From the NCBI GenBank assembly GCA_032128375.1, contig JAQBGU010000002.1, forward strand, positions 6,400-70,399: a stretch of 64,000 bases of DNA, read 5' to 3'. Every line of letters starts with the position of its first letter. The stretch's first letter is position 1. Below are positions 7,425-17,744 of this stretch, piece after piece. Both the position numbers and the translations under genes were made by a program. This stretch comes from Deltaproteobacteria bacterium. Its GTDB lineage: Bacteria; Myxococcota_A; UBA9160; SMWR01. A model generated the notes under the pieces. The model saw only the letters and a list, made by a program, of their open reading frames with translations, had not been told where the DNA came from and searched no databases.

Positions 7425-8792
7425 TCAGGGAATCCCAGCAGCCCGCCGCACGGTATCGAGCAGTAGTTGCGTCCCGAGCCGGAGGTTCTGTGTCGAAATC
7501 CGCTCGTCGTGGCCATGCACACCACCGACTTCTTCTGTCGTGAGCAGTACCGGCGTGTAGCCGATCGCCGGCACGCCGTGCTTGCGATAGATCCGGCTGT
7601 CGGTGAAGCCGGGAGAGATCATCGGCATCACGACACCGCCGTTCGTCTCGTGGCGAATCGTCGCCTCGATGTGATCGAGCAATTCGGTGCGCACTTCGGA
7701 GACGAGCGGTAGGCAGCGATAGCTGACCTCGATTTCGACCTTCTCGTCATTGATGATGGCGCGCAGATCCTCGAGATATCGATCGACATCCTGAGCCGGA
7801 AGCAGGCGACAATCCAATGTGGCACTGGCTGCAGCCGGAATCACGTTGTGCTTCTTGCCCCCGCCTAGCGTGGTGAGGCTCACGGTATTGCTCACCAACG
7901 CGCGCACCAGATCGCTGGCTGACGCCAGGCCCTTGAGTGCCTGCGGGTCGCGAAAGTCGAGGTCGGCGGGCAGCATCCCATTATCGACCAGCGTCTGCAA
8001 CGTGAGCTCCGTCTCCGGCCGCAACACCACCGAGGTTTCGATATCGGCGATCCTCCCGAGGGCCTGGATCAGCCGAAGTGGCGCATTGTCGCCGTGCGGG
8101 ATCGCGCCGTGACCCGGTCTGCCCTTCGCGGTGAGCCGCAACCACAACGGCGCCTTTTCAGTCGGGGCGACGCCGAAGATCAAGCCGCGCTTGCCGAGCA
8201 ATTCGCCGAAACCGTACGCGCCCTCGTTGATCACGCCGTCCGCCACCAGCAGCTCCGGGTGGTTGACGGCGAGCCAATCCATTCCAAACTGGCTGGCTTC
8301 CTCTTCGTCGGCCACCGCCAGGAACAGGATGTCTCGGCGATGCTCGACCTTCTGGCGCTGCAGCAGCACGAATGCCAGCAGCTCCATGATCCCCATGCCT
8401 TTCATATCCAGTGCACCGCGTCCCCACAGGACGCCGTCTTTGAGCAGACCCGCATACGGATCGACGCTCCAATAGTCGCGTTCGACCGGAACGACGTCGA
8501 TGTGCGACAGCAGCACGAGCGGCTTGGTGCCCGCACTGTTGGTGCCGGGGCGCCGCGCAGAGACCGAAACGCGTCCATCGCCGGCGTCGTAGGTTGTTGG
8601 GTCGAACCCCTCTGATCGCAGGATCTGTGCCAGTAATTCGACGCCGGCCTCCTCACCACCCGGCGGGTTGGTGGTATCGATGCGCAGGTAGCGCTGCAGA
8701 AGGGAGGTAGCCTCGTCTTCGAGTTCATCCCAGTCGATCGGGAGGACGGAAAGTTTTTCGTTCAGGGACGCGTCGTGGGAGTGGTCGGCCAT
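7425..8792 (-). CDS. M20/M25/M40 family metallopeptidase
   Basis: LLSHIDVVPV ... WSVDPYAG ... GVLWGRGALDMKG ... ADEE, the typical M20 metal and catalytic motifs. Confidence 0.8.
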   Translation of the reverse strand: MADHSHDASLNEKLSVLPIDWDELEDEATSLLQRYLRIDTTNPPGGEEAGVELLAQILRSEGFDPTTYDAGDGRVSVSARRPGTNSAGTKPLVLLSHIDVVPVERDYWSVDPYAGLLKDGVLWGRGALDMKGMGIMELLAFVLLQRQKVEHRRDILFLAVADEEEASQFGMDWLAVNHPELLVADGVINEGAYGFGELLGKRGLIFGVAPTEKAPLWLRLTAKGRPGHGAIPHGDNAPLRLIQALGRIADIETSVVLRPETELTLQTLVDNGMLPADLDFRDPQALKGLASASDLVRALVSNTVSLTTLGGGKKHNVIPAAASATLDCRLLPAQDVDRYLEDLRAIINDEKVEIEVSYRCLPLVSEVRTELLDHIEATIRHETNGGVVMPMISPGFTDSRIYRKHGVPAIGYTPVLLTTEEVGGVHGHDERISTQNLRLGTQLLLDTVRRAAGIP

Positions 8793-8870
8793 GAAAGCGA
8801 TCCTATCATCGGAGCCCGGTTCTGCCCCGCCCCCCCGGCGACTCGCGGGTATCCGACAGGAGTAACGACA

Positions 8871-9470
8871 ATGGAACTACTGGTGATCCGGCACGGGCTA
8901 CCGCTGCGAATCGAGCGAGACGACGGCAAACCTGCCGACCCGGCACTCAGTGAGTTGGGTCACCGCCAAGCGCAACGTGTCGCCGACTGGTTGAAGGACG
9001 AGCCGATCGACGCGATCTATGCGAGTCCGCTGATTCGGGCGCAACAGACCGCCATGCCACTCGCGGCCGCGAAGGGGCTACCGATTCAGACGGAGCCTGG
9101 CATCGTAGAGTTCGACCCGGATGCGGAGTCCTATGTTCCTCTCGAAGAGCTCAAGGCCACCGACCCCGAAGCGTGGCGGGCGATGGTACAAGGCGGCCTG
9201 TACGGGGAGATCGATTTTGATCTGTTTCGGCGAACGGTCGTCAGCAGCCTCGAGCGGATCATCGCCGAGAATCCCTCGAAAACGGTTGCCGTCGTATGCC
9301 ACGGCGGCGTGATCAACAGCTGGGCGGCCCACATCCTCGGCATCGACACACCGCTGTTTTTCGAGCCCACCTACACCAGCATCAACCGGTCTCTCGCCGC
9401 GAGCAGCGGTGAACGCATGGTCGTCAGCCTGAACGAATCGGCGCACCTGAGAGGCCTGGCTGGTAGCTGA
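8871..9470 (+). CDS. histidine phosphatase (phosphoglycerate mutase) family protein
   Basis: MELLVIRHGLP (RHG motif) ... LSELGHRQA ... IYASPLIRAQQTA ... VVCHGGVI. AGGAG lies upstream of ATG 8871; the track start at 8775 overlaps the divergent peptidase gene. Confidence 0.8.
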   Translation: MELLVIRHGLPLRIERDDGKPADPALSELGHRQAQRVADWLKDEPIDAIYASPLIRAQQTAMPLAAAKGLPIQTEPGIVEFDPDAESYVPLEELKATDPEAWRAMVQGGLYGEIDFDLFRRTVVSSLERIIAENPSKTVAVVCHGGVINSWAAHILGIDTPLFFEPTYTSINRSLAASSGERMVVSLNESAHLRGLAGS

Positions 9471-9525
9471 AGGTACAGCCGTTGCATTCAGCAACCGAAC
9501 TCGAAGCTCTCGAGCGGTGGCCGTC

Positions 9526-10220
9526 TCAGCTATTTCCCCCGAGGCCGGTCGCGACCGCAGATTCGCGACCGCGCTTGCGCAGTTCGCGCACATACTCGCC
9601 TGGCGCGCGACCCGTCCAGCGCCGCAGTGCTTTGTGAAATGCGGATGCGTCGGAGAAACCGAGCAGAAACGCTATCTCATTGACCGATACTCGCCTACGT
9701 ACTCAGGCTCAGCGTGTGTGAACCACGCCTCCAGTGGAGCGGGCCCACCCATGACGATGGGCGCAGTGCGCACCATCAGCGCGATGCAGTAGTCCGACGA
9801 CGACCGAGTTGCAGGAAACCCGTTTAGTTCGTAGGTGCAGAGCGTGCGCGAACCATCGATGCGAAGCTCGACGGCCAGCGCATCGTCGACCAGACGCAGA
9901 TAGCGGGATGCGCGTTGGTAGGCTTCGCGGGGTGTTGCGCTGGTCGAGGCGAGGTACGTGAACAGGTGCAACATCGCCGGGCTGATGCCTTCTGCGACGT
10001 GCAAGCCAAAGGCCGGATCACCGGACGCCAAGTAGGCGGCCGTCCAGAACGCCTGGGCCTGCTGGTTTGGAATGCGAAGCGTGGGATCGTGCAGCTGAGC
10101 TTCCGACAGCCCGACAGTGGCGAGCGTGGAGGTCGGATCGATTCCGCGCACGCGGAGGGCAAAGATCACCGGCAAGAGCGTCTCGATTGCGCATCGCGAG
10201 GCCTGGATAGACGCGGCCAT
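9526..10220 (-). pseudogene. AraC-family regulator, internally deleted and frameshifted
   Basis: An intact N-terminal ligand-domain-like ORF (10220 to 9672) ends ...WFTHAEPEYVGEYRSMR*. The second AraC HTH, RVSVNEIAFLLGFSDASAFHKALRRWTGRAPGEYVRELR, follows in another frame (9702 to 9526) with no start codon. The first HTH and linker, roughly 100 aa, are missing. Confidence 0.6.
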
Positions 10221-10353
10221 ACCGCAAACGTACCGCCGACATCGTGGACACCGCCAGACAGTTGACCGAAATCGACAAACACGGCATCTGGCTGGGACAA
10301 GCAATCCGCCCGGCTCTCGATCACCCTATGGATCGCGCGCCCCGGAGGAAGCC

Positions 10354-11130
10354 ATGAACACGACAATACCCACGGTCCACGAATCGCACCGTTCGCCGCG
10401 AGTCCGACCTCTCATCGCGCTGAAAGCGTTCGTGCGCTCTGCCCGCAATCCCGAGGACACCGAAAACGGTGCTCGCTTCGTGCTGGCCCTACAGGGGAGT
10501 GCGAGCGAACGCACCTACCAACGCTTCTGCGCCGACCCACGCGGCGCACGCCTGCTCGCTGCGCGGCCCTCGCTGCTAGCAGAGTTGAGCGACCGCGATC
10601 ACCTGGCGACGCTTCCCGCGGGCAGCCTGGGCCAATCCTATCTCGAGTTTGTGACGCGCGAGGGACTCAGCGCCGCAGGGCTCGCGGCCGCGGTTTCGGT
10701 CGTCGAGAACGAACTTGCCGATTCGGATCCCGATCGGCGTTTCGTCGCTGATCGCATTCGCGACATGCACGACCTCTGGCACGTGACGACCGGCTATTGC
10801 CGAGACCTGCTCGGCGAACTGGCACTGATCGCATTCAGTTACACACAGCTGCGCACCCGGGCGTTTGCGCTGATCCTGCCGTTCGCATACGCGTTCAACG
10901 AACGACAAGCTCCCGGTGCGCGCGCACTGCTGCGCGGTGCGTGGCGGCGCGGAAACGCTGCAAAGTGGCTGCCAGTGCAGGACTGGGAGGCGCTACTGGC
11001 GCGACCTCTCGACGAAGTCCGCGATCGATTGCATCTCGGTCCATGCCCGGAATACAACCGCTACTTCCGCAACCCGGATGGATTCGGTCTGCTGGCGGAG
11101 ACGACGGAATCACCTCCCCGCACCGCGTGA
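10354..11130 (+). CDS. Coq4-family protein
   Basis: RDMHDLWHVTTGYCRDLLGE is the Coq4 HDxxH-x11-E metal motif. GGAGGA lies upstream of ATG 10354. Confidence 0.75.
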   Translation: MNTTIPTVHESHRSPRVRPLIALKAFVRSARNPEDTENGARFVLALQGSASERTYQRFCADPRGARLLAARPSLLAELSDRDHLATLPAGSLGQSYLEFVTREGLSAAGLAAAVSVVENELADSDPDRRFVADRIRDMHDLWHVTTGYCRDLLGELALIAFSYTQLRTRAFALILPFAYAFNERQAPGARALLRGAWRRGNAAKWLPVQDWEALLARPLDEVRDRLHLGPCPEYNRYFRNPDGFGLLAETTESPPRTA

Positions 11131-11160
11131 GCACGCGGTTGGCTCGCCGTTCGCGTTCCC

Positions 11161-12351
11161 CTATTCCGACTCCCGACCCCCCGACCCGCCCGATCTGACG
11201 CGAACGCCGCGTCGATCGCGGAGACCAGCGCTCGAGCGCGGCGCGATCGCGCGCAGGATCTGCTGGGCAGCAAGCCGGTGCCCGTCTCGCGTCCAGTGGG
11301 TGTCGTTCTGGTGCAGGCAGCCCGGGTAGGCTCGGAAGGCGGGCAGCAGGTCGAGGGTTTCGATGCCCTGGTTGGCAAAGCGCTCAGCGAGCAGGCGCTG
11401 CGGCTGATCGATATCGATGGGCTCCCCATCGTTGAATAGCAGCCGTTGTAGCGCGGGATTGATCTGGGTCTCGTCCGCGATCAGCACCACGAGCAATGGG
11501 ATCCCGACCTCTCGCGCATGGGTCTCGATGCGAGCAATCTGGCGGGTCAGTCGCGCCAGTTTCACGTCGCGCTGCTGCCAGTCGGTCCGATAGATTTTCG
11601 TCCTGTGGCGTTGAATCTGAATGAACACCGGCGGGAACTCGTCGCAGCGCTCGCGGCGGAAGTCGAGCAGCGGGCGCGCCTGGTGGAGAACGAGTCGCGC
11701 CAGGTGAGACGATTCGTGGAGTGCGACCTTCAGAGAAATGAGAGGGTCACGCGACGCCTTGCGCGAAATGCGGCGCCCCAGGGCTGCAGTGGGCAGCCGC
11801 GCGATCGAGTCCACCGAATCGGTGATGTCGTTTCCCACGAAGAGTCCGACGATCACCATATCCGGATCGAATTCGAGACCGTAGTGGGCGAAGTACTGCG
11901 CATATTGAAAAGGTCCCCACCCGCCCACTGCGGTGTTCATCACCTCGATGCGGCGCCGCGTGCGACGCTGAAGGAGTCGCTGGAGCTGGGCGGGATAACT
12001 GTCGCGCTGCTCGACCGAAGCGCCAACCGTGAAGGAATCCCCCAAGACCAGGATGCGAAATACACCTGGCTCCTTGAACAGCGACACGTCGTCGCTGCGG
12101 TGACCGTGCAGGTTGGCGTTTGCCGGAATGCCACCCGAGAACTGCCCCTTCCCGAATGGGTTGAGTCGGTAGCCCGTGAACGGGTCGGCGATGTAGTACA
12201 TGTTCCTTTCGGTCGCGTAGGGGACCGGGGCGAGCCATCGCAGCGCCAGCTCGATCGCGCCCATCGTCAACAGGATGCTGAATAACGCCAGTGAGAGATT
12301 GGCTAGGGACACAGTCGTCCAGCGACCGCCGAAGGCGCGGGTGTCAAACAA
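11161..12351 (-). CDS. SGNH/GDSL hydrolase family protein with N-terminal membrane anchor
   Basis: FRILVLGDSFTVG (block I), AVGGWGP (block II), GLFVGNDITD (block III), DTHWTRDGH (block V). Start is uncertain (TTG 12351 or GTG 12312); the track start at 12528 overlaps the upstream gene. Confidence 0.7.
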   Translation of the reverse strand: MFDTRAFGGRWTTVSLANLSLALFSILLTMGAIELALRWLAPVPYATERNMYYIADPFTGYRLNPFGKGQFSGGIPANANLHGHRSDDVSLFKEPGVFRILVLGDSFTVGASVEQRDSYPAQLQRLLQRRTRRRIEVMNTAVGGWGPFQYAQYFAHYGLEFDPDMVIVGLFVGNDITDSVDSIARLPTAALGRRISRKASRDPLISLKVALHESSHLARLVLHQARPLLDFRRERCDEFPPVFIQIQRHRTKIYRTDWQQRDVKLARLTRQIARIETHAREVGIPLLVVLIADETQINPALQRLLFNDGEPIDIDQPQRLLAERFANQGIETLDLLPAFRAYPGCLHQNDTHWTRDGHRLAAQQILRAIAPRSSAGLRDRRGVRVRSGGSGGRESE

Positions 12352-12394
12352 GAACCTGTCGAGTTCGAATCCGAGGCGGAAGCCAGCTTGCCCA

Positions 12395-13744
12395 TTACGG
12401 CCTGGCGCTGACGGCTGTCCACGGTAGACCCGAGACCTCGGTCTTCTCGAACGCAAAGTTGAAGGTGGATCCGAGCACCACACAAGCTGCCAGCGCGGTG
12501 AGCACTGCGGTGATGCTGAACGCTGCAACGCGACCGCGTTGCATCCAAATCGCCAGCGTCTCGCTCGCGTAGATGCCGAATGGCAACGAGAGCGACAACA
12601 GTGATGTTCCTTTGACGACCGCGAAGTACGGGTTCACCCAGGTGAAATAGGCATAGCCGGTCAAGGTGAGAGCCGTGTAGATCAACAATGGCGCGTCCGG
12701 GCCGCTCTTGTCGCGCAGCAGGCGGCGCGCCCCGCGCAGCAGGCCCATCGCGAAAGCGCCAGTGGGAAGCAGCGCCAGCAGCAGCGTCGCACAGCCCAGT
12801 GACGTGACAGCCGGGTCGTTGCGCGGCAACAAGAACCGGTGTCCGTCGAACCATGCGGTCGCATAGGTGCTTCCCCAGACCGAGTGGAGCAAGTCGGGGT
12901 GTGTCAACGTCGGGTCGCTAAAAGTCGCGAGCGGAACGTAGAAATAGTCGCGAACCGAGCGTTCACCCGGTGGCATGTCGAACATGGATGCGTGGATGGG
13001 TAGCCTCGCGGGTTGGAAATAGCCGTAAATCAGCCGATTGCGCGCATAGAACCATCCACCGGCGAGTCCGGCGACCAGCAGCGCAACGGCGACTTGCTGA
13101 CTGGCGCGAAGAAAGGTTCGTTCGCGCAGCCCAGCGAGTGCGTAACTGGCCGCCGCGGTAGCTGCGGCCAACACTCCGGGGAGTTTGGTCAGGGTGGCGA
13201 GCCCCGCCGCAAGACCCACACGGGCCGCATTGGCAATCGGGCGCCCATGCCTGGGGAACGCGAGCCAGAACAGTGTGATCGATGCGAGCAGCGAGACCAG
13301 AATTTCCTCGTTGACCATCAGGCTCATGTGGATGTTGGCCGGAAGGAACAGCAGTAGGCCGCCAGCGAGCAGTGCTCGCTCGGGCTGGTCGGGTTCGAGG
13401 CGGTGTACTGCCACCAGTGCGAGGGCCGCACATCCCAACCCGAAAGCGGTGTTCACAAGCGGAATGACTACGAGGTTGCGACCCACTAGCGCCCAGATCG
13501 CCGCAATGATCGTGAAGTAGAGCGGCGGGTCAGACGTCGACCAGCCGACTTCGGGACTGGGCAGTACCCAGTCCTCGCTCATCCGAAGGATGTATCGCAA
13601 GTTGAAACTGGAGTCGAAACCCCAGTCCGGCGGGTACGAGATCGCGTTGAATAGCCGCACGGCGATTGCTATCGCGGTGAAGCCAGCTGCGACGAGTAGG
13701 AGCTGCGTTGACGGGCGGCGAGCCATCGAGGCGAATAGCCTCAC
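12395..13744 (-). CDS. GT-C fold membrane glycosyltransferase-like protein (ArnT/PMT family 39-like)
   Basis: About 12 predicted hydrophobic helices. First-loop acidic motif YPPDWGFDSSF and overall ArnT/PMT_2-like layout. Confidence 0.6.
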   Translation of the reverse strand: MRLFASMARRPSTQLLLVAAGFTAIAIAVRLFNAISYPPDWGFDSSFNLRYILRMSEDWVLPSPEVGWSTSDPPLYFTIIAAIWALVGRNLVVIPLVNTAFGLGCAALALVAVHRLEPDQPERALLAGGLLLFLPANIHMSLMVNEEILVSLLASITLFWLAFPRHGRPIANAARVGLAAGLATLTKLPGVLAAATAAASYALAGLRERTFLRASQQVAVALLVAGLAGGWFYARNRLIYGYFQPARLPIHASMFDMPPGERSVRDYFYVPLATFSDPTLTHPDLLHSVWGSTYATAWFDGHRFLLPRNDPAVTSLGCATLLLALLPTGAFAMGLLRGARRLLRDKSGPDAPLLIYTALTLTGYAYFTWVNPYFAVVKGTSLLSLSLPFGIYASETLAIWMQRGRVAAFSITAVLTALAACVVLGSTFNFAFEKTEVSGLPWTAVSARP

Positions 13745-13817
13745 CCAGTTTCGGGTTTCCTGCTAGTTGCGCGTCTGCCGCCGGTGGCGAAAGCTCGCCG
13801 CGTCGTCGCGTGGATGT

Positions 13818-14708
13818 TCAGGCGATCTTCCCGAGCCATTCGGCAATGGCTTGGCCGATTTCGTCGGGAGAGTCTTCTTGAACAAAGTGACTTCCCTTGA
13901 CGGTCACTTCGGTTTGGTTGGGCCAGCTGCGGCAGAACTCGCGCTGCGGGCCGGTAAGGATGGTTCCGGGTTCTGCGTTGATGAAGAGTTTGGGCAGATC
14001 GGAACGACTCAGCCAATCTGCATATCGTTGCGCGATCTCAACGACATCTGCGGGCTCGCCTGCGAGCGGGATCTGTCGCGGCCATGTCAGTGTGGGGCGC
14101 CGGCTTTCGCCCGCTTCGGTGTAGGGCCGGCCATAAAATTTCTTTTCGGCGTCAGTCAGGCCGCGCAGGATCGACGCGGGCAACACGTTCTCGACGAAAA
14201 TGTTCTTGTCGAGCACCATCGATTCGCCCGCAGCGGACCGAAAATTCTTGAACAGCGAGCGAGCGGCTTCGGGCCACTCGTCCCAACTCATGGGTCGGAC
14301 GATGGCCTCCATGTAAGCGATGCCCTTGACCTGGTCCCGGTGTCGGTTCGCCCAATCGAAACCCAGCGCTGAACCCCAATCGTGGATCACCCATGTGACG
14401 TGGGTCGCGTTCGAATCGACTCCAATCGCATCCAGCAACCCGTCGAGGTACTCCCGGTGTTCGACGAAGCGGTAGCTGTCCGGACCGGAATACTCGAGCT
14501 TTTCGGAATCTCCCATGCCAATCAGGTCCGGGGCAATGCAGCGGCCGAGGCCTTCGAGGTGCGGAATCACGTTGCGCCACAAGTACGAAGATGTCGGGTT
14601 TCCATGCAAGAAGACGATCGGATCGCCGGATCCGACTTCGAGATAGGCCATCGAGCGACCCTTCACGCTGACGCGCTGTTTCGGATAGCGTTCTTCGGCG
14701 GAGATCAT
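13818..14708 (-). CDS. haloalkane dehalogenase (HLD-II-like alpha/beta hydrolase)
   Basis: [32 protein letters not shown] (nucleophile Asp) and [14 protein letters not shown] (catalytic His), closely matching the DhaA/luciferase-type pattern. Confidence 0.85.
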   Translation of the reverse strand: MISAEERYPKQRVSVKGRSMAYLEVGSGDPIVFLHGNPTSSYLWRNVIPHLEGLGRCIAPDLIGMGDSEKLEYSGPDSYRFVEHREYLDGLLDAIGVDSNATHVTWVIHDWGSALGFDWANRHRDQVKGIAYMEAIVRPMSWDEWPEAARSLFKNFRSAAGESMVLDKNIFVENVLPASILRGLTDAEKKFYGRPYTEAGESRRPTLTWPRQIPLAGEPADVVEIAQRYADWLSRSDLPKLFINAEPGTILTGPQREFCRSWPNQTEVTVKGSHFVQEDSPDEIGQAIAEWLGKIA

Positions 14709-14849
14709 TCGAGGCTCCCGGCGTGAAATCGGCGGTGATACCGAATTCGCGCGGATGATGTTGCTCCGCACCGACGCCGCTAGCAACCCAGAAGGTTCGC
14801 CAACGGGCTGCTAGGCTTGGGCCACTCGTGTGTCGAGGAGGCGAAAGCC

Positions 14850-15875
14850 GTGACGGTGACAGGAACGATCGCAGTGAGCCGTCTAGCATCCAGAATGCCA
14901 GCCAGAATGAAGGAGGCGCTGTTGGTCAGCGATGCGGTCGAGCGCCGCTTCGCCGCGCGGCTGGAGCAGGCGGCGCCGGAGATGCCGCGCGTGGTGGTCT
15001 CGCTGGACGGGCACGCAGGCGCGCTCGAAGACGTGACCGTCGCGTATTTTTCCGGCGATGTGTTCCCTGACCGAACTGTCGACTTCTTGCGGACGGTGAT
15101 TCGCGCCAAGCGGCTGCGATGGTTTCACAGTTTCAGCGCCGGCGTCGACAGCCCCTTTTTTCAGGGTCTGCTCGAGCGTGGAATTCGGCTGAGCACCTCG
15201 TCGGGAGCCATGGCCGCACCCATTGCTCACACGGTGTTTCTGTACATCCTGGCTTTTTCGCGGGACCTGCGAGGGTGGTTCAGCGACCAGCACGAGCAGG
15301 TCTGGGCACCGCGCGAGGTTCGTGACTTGCAGGGCCGCCGGCTCGGTGTCTTCGGTCTCGGGCCGATTGGCCTCGAGATCGCCAGGCTGGGTCGTGCGTT
15401 CGGGATGGACGTCGTCGGGTTTCGGCGCAATCCGCGCGGCGACGAACCGTGCGAAACTCGAACCTCCGGCGAACTGGCCGCTGCACTGGGCTCGCTCGAC
15501 TACCTGGTGCTCGCGGCGCCACTTTCCGATGAGACACGGTGTGTGATCGACGCCGCCGCACTGCGGGCGATGAAGAGCGACGCGGTGCTGGTCAACATCG
15601 CGCGCGGCGAGCTCGTCGAACAGACTTCGCTCGTCGAGGCGCTGACGCAGGGCTGGATCGGCGGCGCCGCGCTCGATGTGTTCGAACAAGAGCCGCTTCC
15701 CGAAGGTAACCCGCTTTGGAATCTGCCAAACGTGATCGTGACCCCACACAGTTCCGGCAACAACCCGGGCAATTTCTTCCGCGCCACTGAGATCTTCATC
15801 GACAACCTGGGTCGATATGTCCGGGGCGAACCGTTGCGCAACGAAGTGACACGCGCCGGCGAAGCAATTTCGTAA
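14850..15875 (+). CDS. D-isomer-specific 2-hydroxyacid dehydrogenase family protein
   Basis: NAD fold GVFGLGPIGLEIARLGRAFGMDV; VLVNIARGELV; AALDVFEQEPLP...VIVTPHSSG. GAGGAGG lies 8 nt upstream of GTG 14850. Confidence 0.8.
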   Translation: MTVTGTIAVSRLASRMPARMKEALLVSDAVERRFAARLEQAAPEMPRVVVSLDGHAGALEDVTVAYFSGDVFPDRTVDFLRTVIRAKRLRWFHSFSAGVDSPFFQGLLERGIRLSTSSGAMAAPIAHTVFLYILAFSRDLRGWFSDQHEQVWAPREVRDLQGRRLGVFGLGPIGLEIARLGRAFGMDVVGFRRNPRGDEPCETRTSGELAAALGSLDYLVLAAPLSDETRCVIDAAALRAMKSDAVLVNIARGELVEQTSLVEALTQGWIGGAALDVFEQEPLPEGNPLWNLPNVIVTPHSSGNNPGNFFRATEIFIDNLGRYVRGEPLRNEVTRAGEAIS

Positions 15876-15902
15876 TTCGTCCAAATTTGCGTGGGAGAGC
15901 AC

Positions 15903-16985
15903 ATGACACGAAAACGAGTCGTGGTGATCGAAGGAGAGGACGCCGCCCCCGAAGCGATGCGTCCGTGTGTCGCCCTGCTCGAGAACTGGATCCCCGATAT
16001 CGAGTGGATCCATCCGGCGGTCGGCGAGCGCGGCAAGCAGGTCCACGGCTCGCTGTTTCCAACCCAGGCGCGTGAAGCGATCGATGCCTCCGATGCGACG
16101 TTGTTCGGGTCCACCAGCGGACCGAGCGCGCCGGCGTTGATGTACTTGCGCTGGGGGCGCCAGACCTACGCGAACGTTCGCCCGGCGCGCTATCGACCCG
16201 GCTACAAGAGCCCGCTCGCGCACCCAGAAAATGTCGACCTGGTGATCGTGCGTGAAAACCTGGAAGACATGTACATGGGTATCGAGGGCGATATCGAGGC
16301 TTTGAGCGAACTGAAGCTTCACAGTACGACCGCCAGGAGACCCCTTTCCGATTTCGAACCGGGCCGCTACGCGCTCAAGTTGATTACCGAAGCCGGAACC
16401 GAGCGCGTCGCGCGCTACGCGTTCGAACTCGCGCGGAAGCGTCGCGAGCGCGGCCGGCCGGGCCGTTTGACCTGTGGAACCAAGCACAACATGTTGCCGT
16501 ACAGCGATGGCTATTTCCGGGAGGTGACCGAACGCGTCGCGGCTGACTACCCCGATGTCGAATACAATTGCCTGATCGTCGACGACCTGGCCCACAAGTT
16601 GGTGATCGATTCAGACGCATTCGATGTGATCGTGCTTCCGAACCTCTACGGTGACATTCTTTCCGACGCGGCCGCCGGCCTGATCGGCGGTTTGGGGTTG
16701 GCGGCGAGCGGATGTTATGGCACCCACTACGCGTACTTCGAGTCGGCACACGGAACCGCGCCCGACATCGCCGGCCAGAACATCATCAACCCCACCGCGA
16801 CGCTCCTGTCGGCGGCGATGATGCTCGAGTACCTGGAGTTCGTTGCCGAGGCCGAGCGTCTCGAATCCTCGCTCGCGAAGGTTTACGAGCAGGGAAAGGC
16901 GCTGACCCCGGACCAGGGTGGAGGCGCTACGACGACGGAGTTCTGCGACGCCGTGGCAGCAGAATACGACCGGATGTCCGGTTGA
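15903..16985 (+). CDS. isocitrate/isopropylmalate dehydrogenase family protein
   Basis: VIVRENLEDMYMG ... NLYGDILSDAAAGLIGGLGLAASG, the signature of beta-decarboxylating dehydrogenases. Confidence 0.8.
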   Translation: MTRKRVVVIEGEDAAPEAMRPCVALLENWIPDIEWIHPAVGERGKQVHGSLFPTQAREAIDASDATLFGSTSGPSAPALMYLRWGRQTYANVRPARYRPGYKSPLAHPENVDLVIVRENLEDMYMGIEGDIEALSELKLHSTTARRPLSDFEPGRYALKLITEAGTERVARYAFELARKRRERGRPGRLTCGTKHNMLPYSDGYFREVTERVAADYPDVEYNCLIVDDLAHKLVIDSDAFDVIVLPNLYGDILSDAAAGLIGGLGLAASGCYGTHYAYFESAHGTAPDIAGQNIINPTATLLSAAMMLEYLEFVAEAERLESSLAKVYEQGKALTPDQGGGATTTEFCDAVAAEYDRMSG

Positions 16986-17680
16986 CGTCAGCGATCCGTG
17001 CAGTGGTCTTCGACTTGTTCGGAACGCTCGTGCCGAAATGGTCCAGCGAGCTTGCGGCCGCGCGCAACGCGTCGATTGCAGATGACCTCGGGGTATCGGC
17101 CAAAGACTTCGAAGTCGCCTGGCAGACGACTTTCTCGCATCGTGAGTGCGGCAGGCTTGCCTCGGTGCCCGACGCGATTCGCTCCATGCTTCCGCAGCTG
17201 GGAATCGAAGCCGGCGAAGAGCAATTGCAGGCGGCGGCGGAACGGAGCCTTCTGCTTCATCGCAGCCGGATCGTTCCGCGCGTCGATGTCGAACCTACGC
17301 TGGTGGCGCTGCGCGCGCGCGGGCTGTGTCTGGGGCTACTCAGCAACATCAGCGCGCCTGGACCCGACGTGTTTCGCGCGCTCCCGATCGCCGGACAGTT
17401 TCGGAGCCTGATTTTCTCCAATGAGGTCGGTGTCGAAAAACCCGAACCCACGATCTACGCGAAGTCCACAACCGAGCTCGGCGTACCGGCGGAAAGCTGC
17501 CTCTTTGTCGGCGACGGTGGCAGCCGCGAACTCACGGGCGCGAATCGGGCCGGCATGAAAGCGGTGCTGATTCGGGTCGATTCGGAGATCGAGGAGGAAG
17601 GCTGGTTCGACGATGCGGCCGAATGGCAGGGGCCAACGATCTCGAGCATCCAAGAGGTGCTCGCACTCGTCGACAGCTGA
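16982..17680 (+). CDS. HAD-superfamily hydrolase
   Basis: VVFDLFGTLV (DxDxT-type motif I variant), LLSNIS, EKPEP, FVGDGGSRELTGA. The TTG start overlaps the upstream TGA (TTGA). Confidence 0.7.
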   Translation: MTSAIRAVVFDLFGTLVPKWSSELAAARNASIADDLGVSAKDFEVAWQTTFSHRECGRLASVPDAIRSMLPQLGIEAGEEQLQAAAERSLLLHRSRIVPRVDVEPTLVALRARGLCLGLLSNISAPGPDVFRALPIAGQFRSLIFSNEVGVEKPEPTIYAKSTTELGVPAESCLFVGDGGSRELTGANRAGMKAVLIRVDSEIEEEGWFDDAAEWQGPTISSIQEVLALVDS

Positions 17681-17744
17681 CTCGGTTTCATATGCCGACC
17701 CGCTCCAGCCGACTCTCGTCGGCCGAGCGAGCTACGCTCGGGCA

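Noticed and set aside
12355-12380. GAGTTCGAATCC, resembling a tRNA T-loop.
   Set aside because: The flanking bases cannot form a T-stem, and no acceptor or anticodon arms can be drawn. It lies inside the 5' end of the SGNH hydrolase reading frame. I found no tRNA anywhere in the window.
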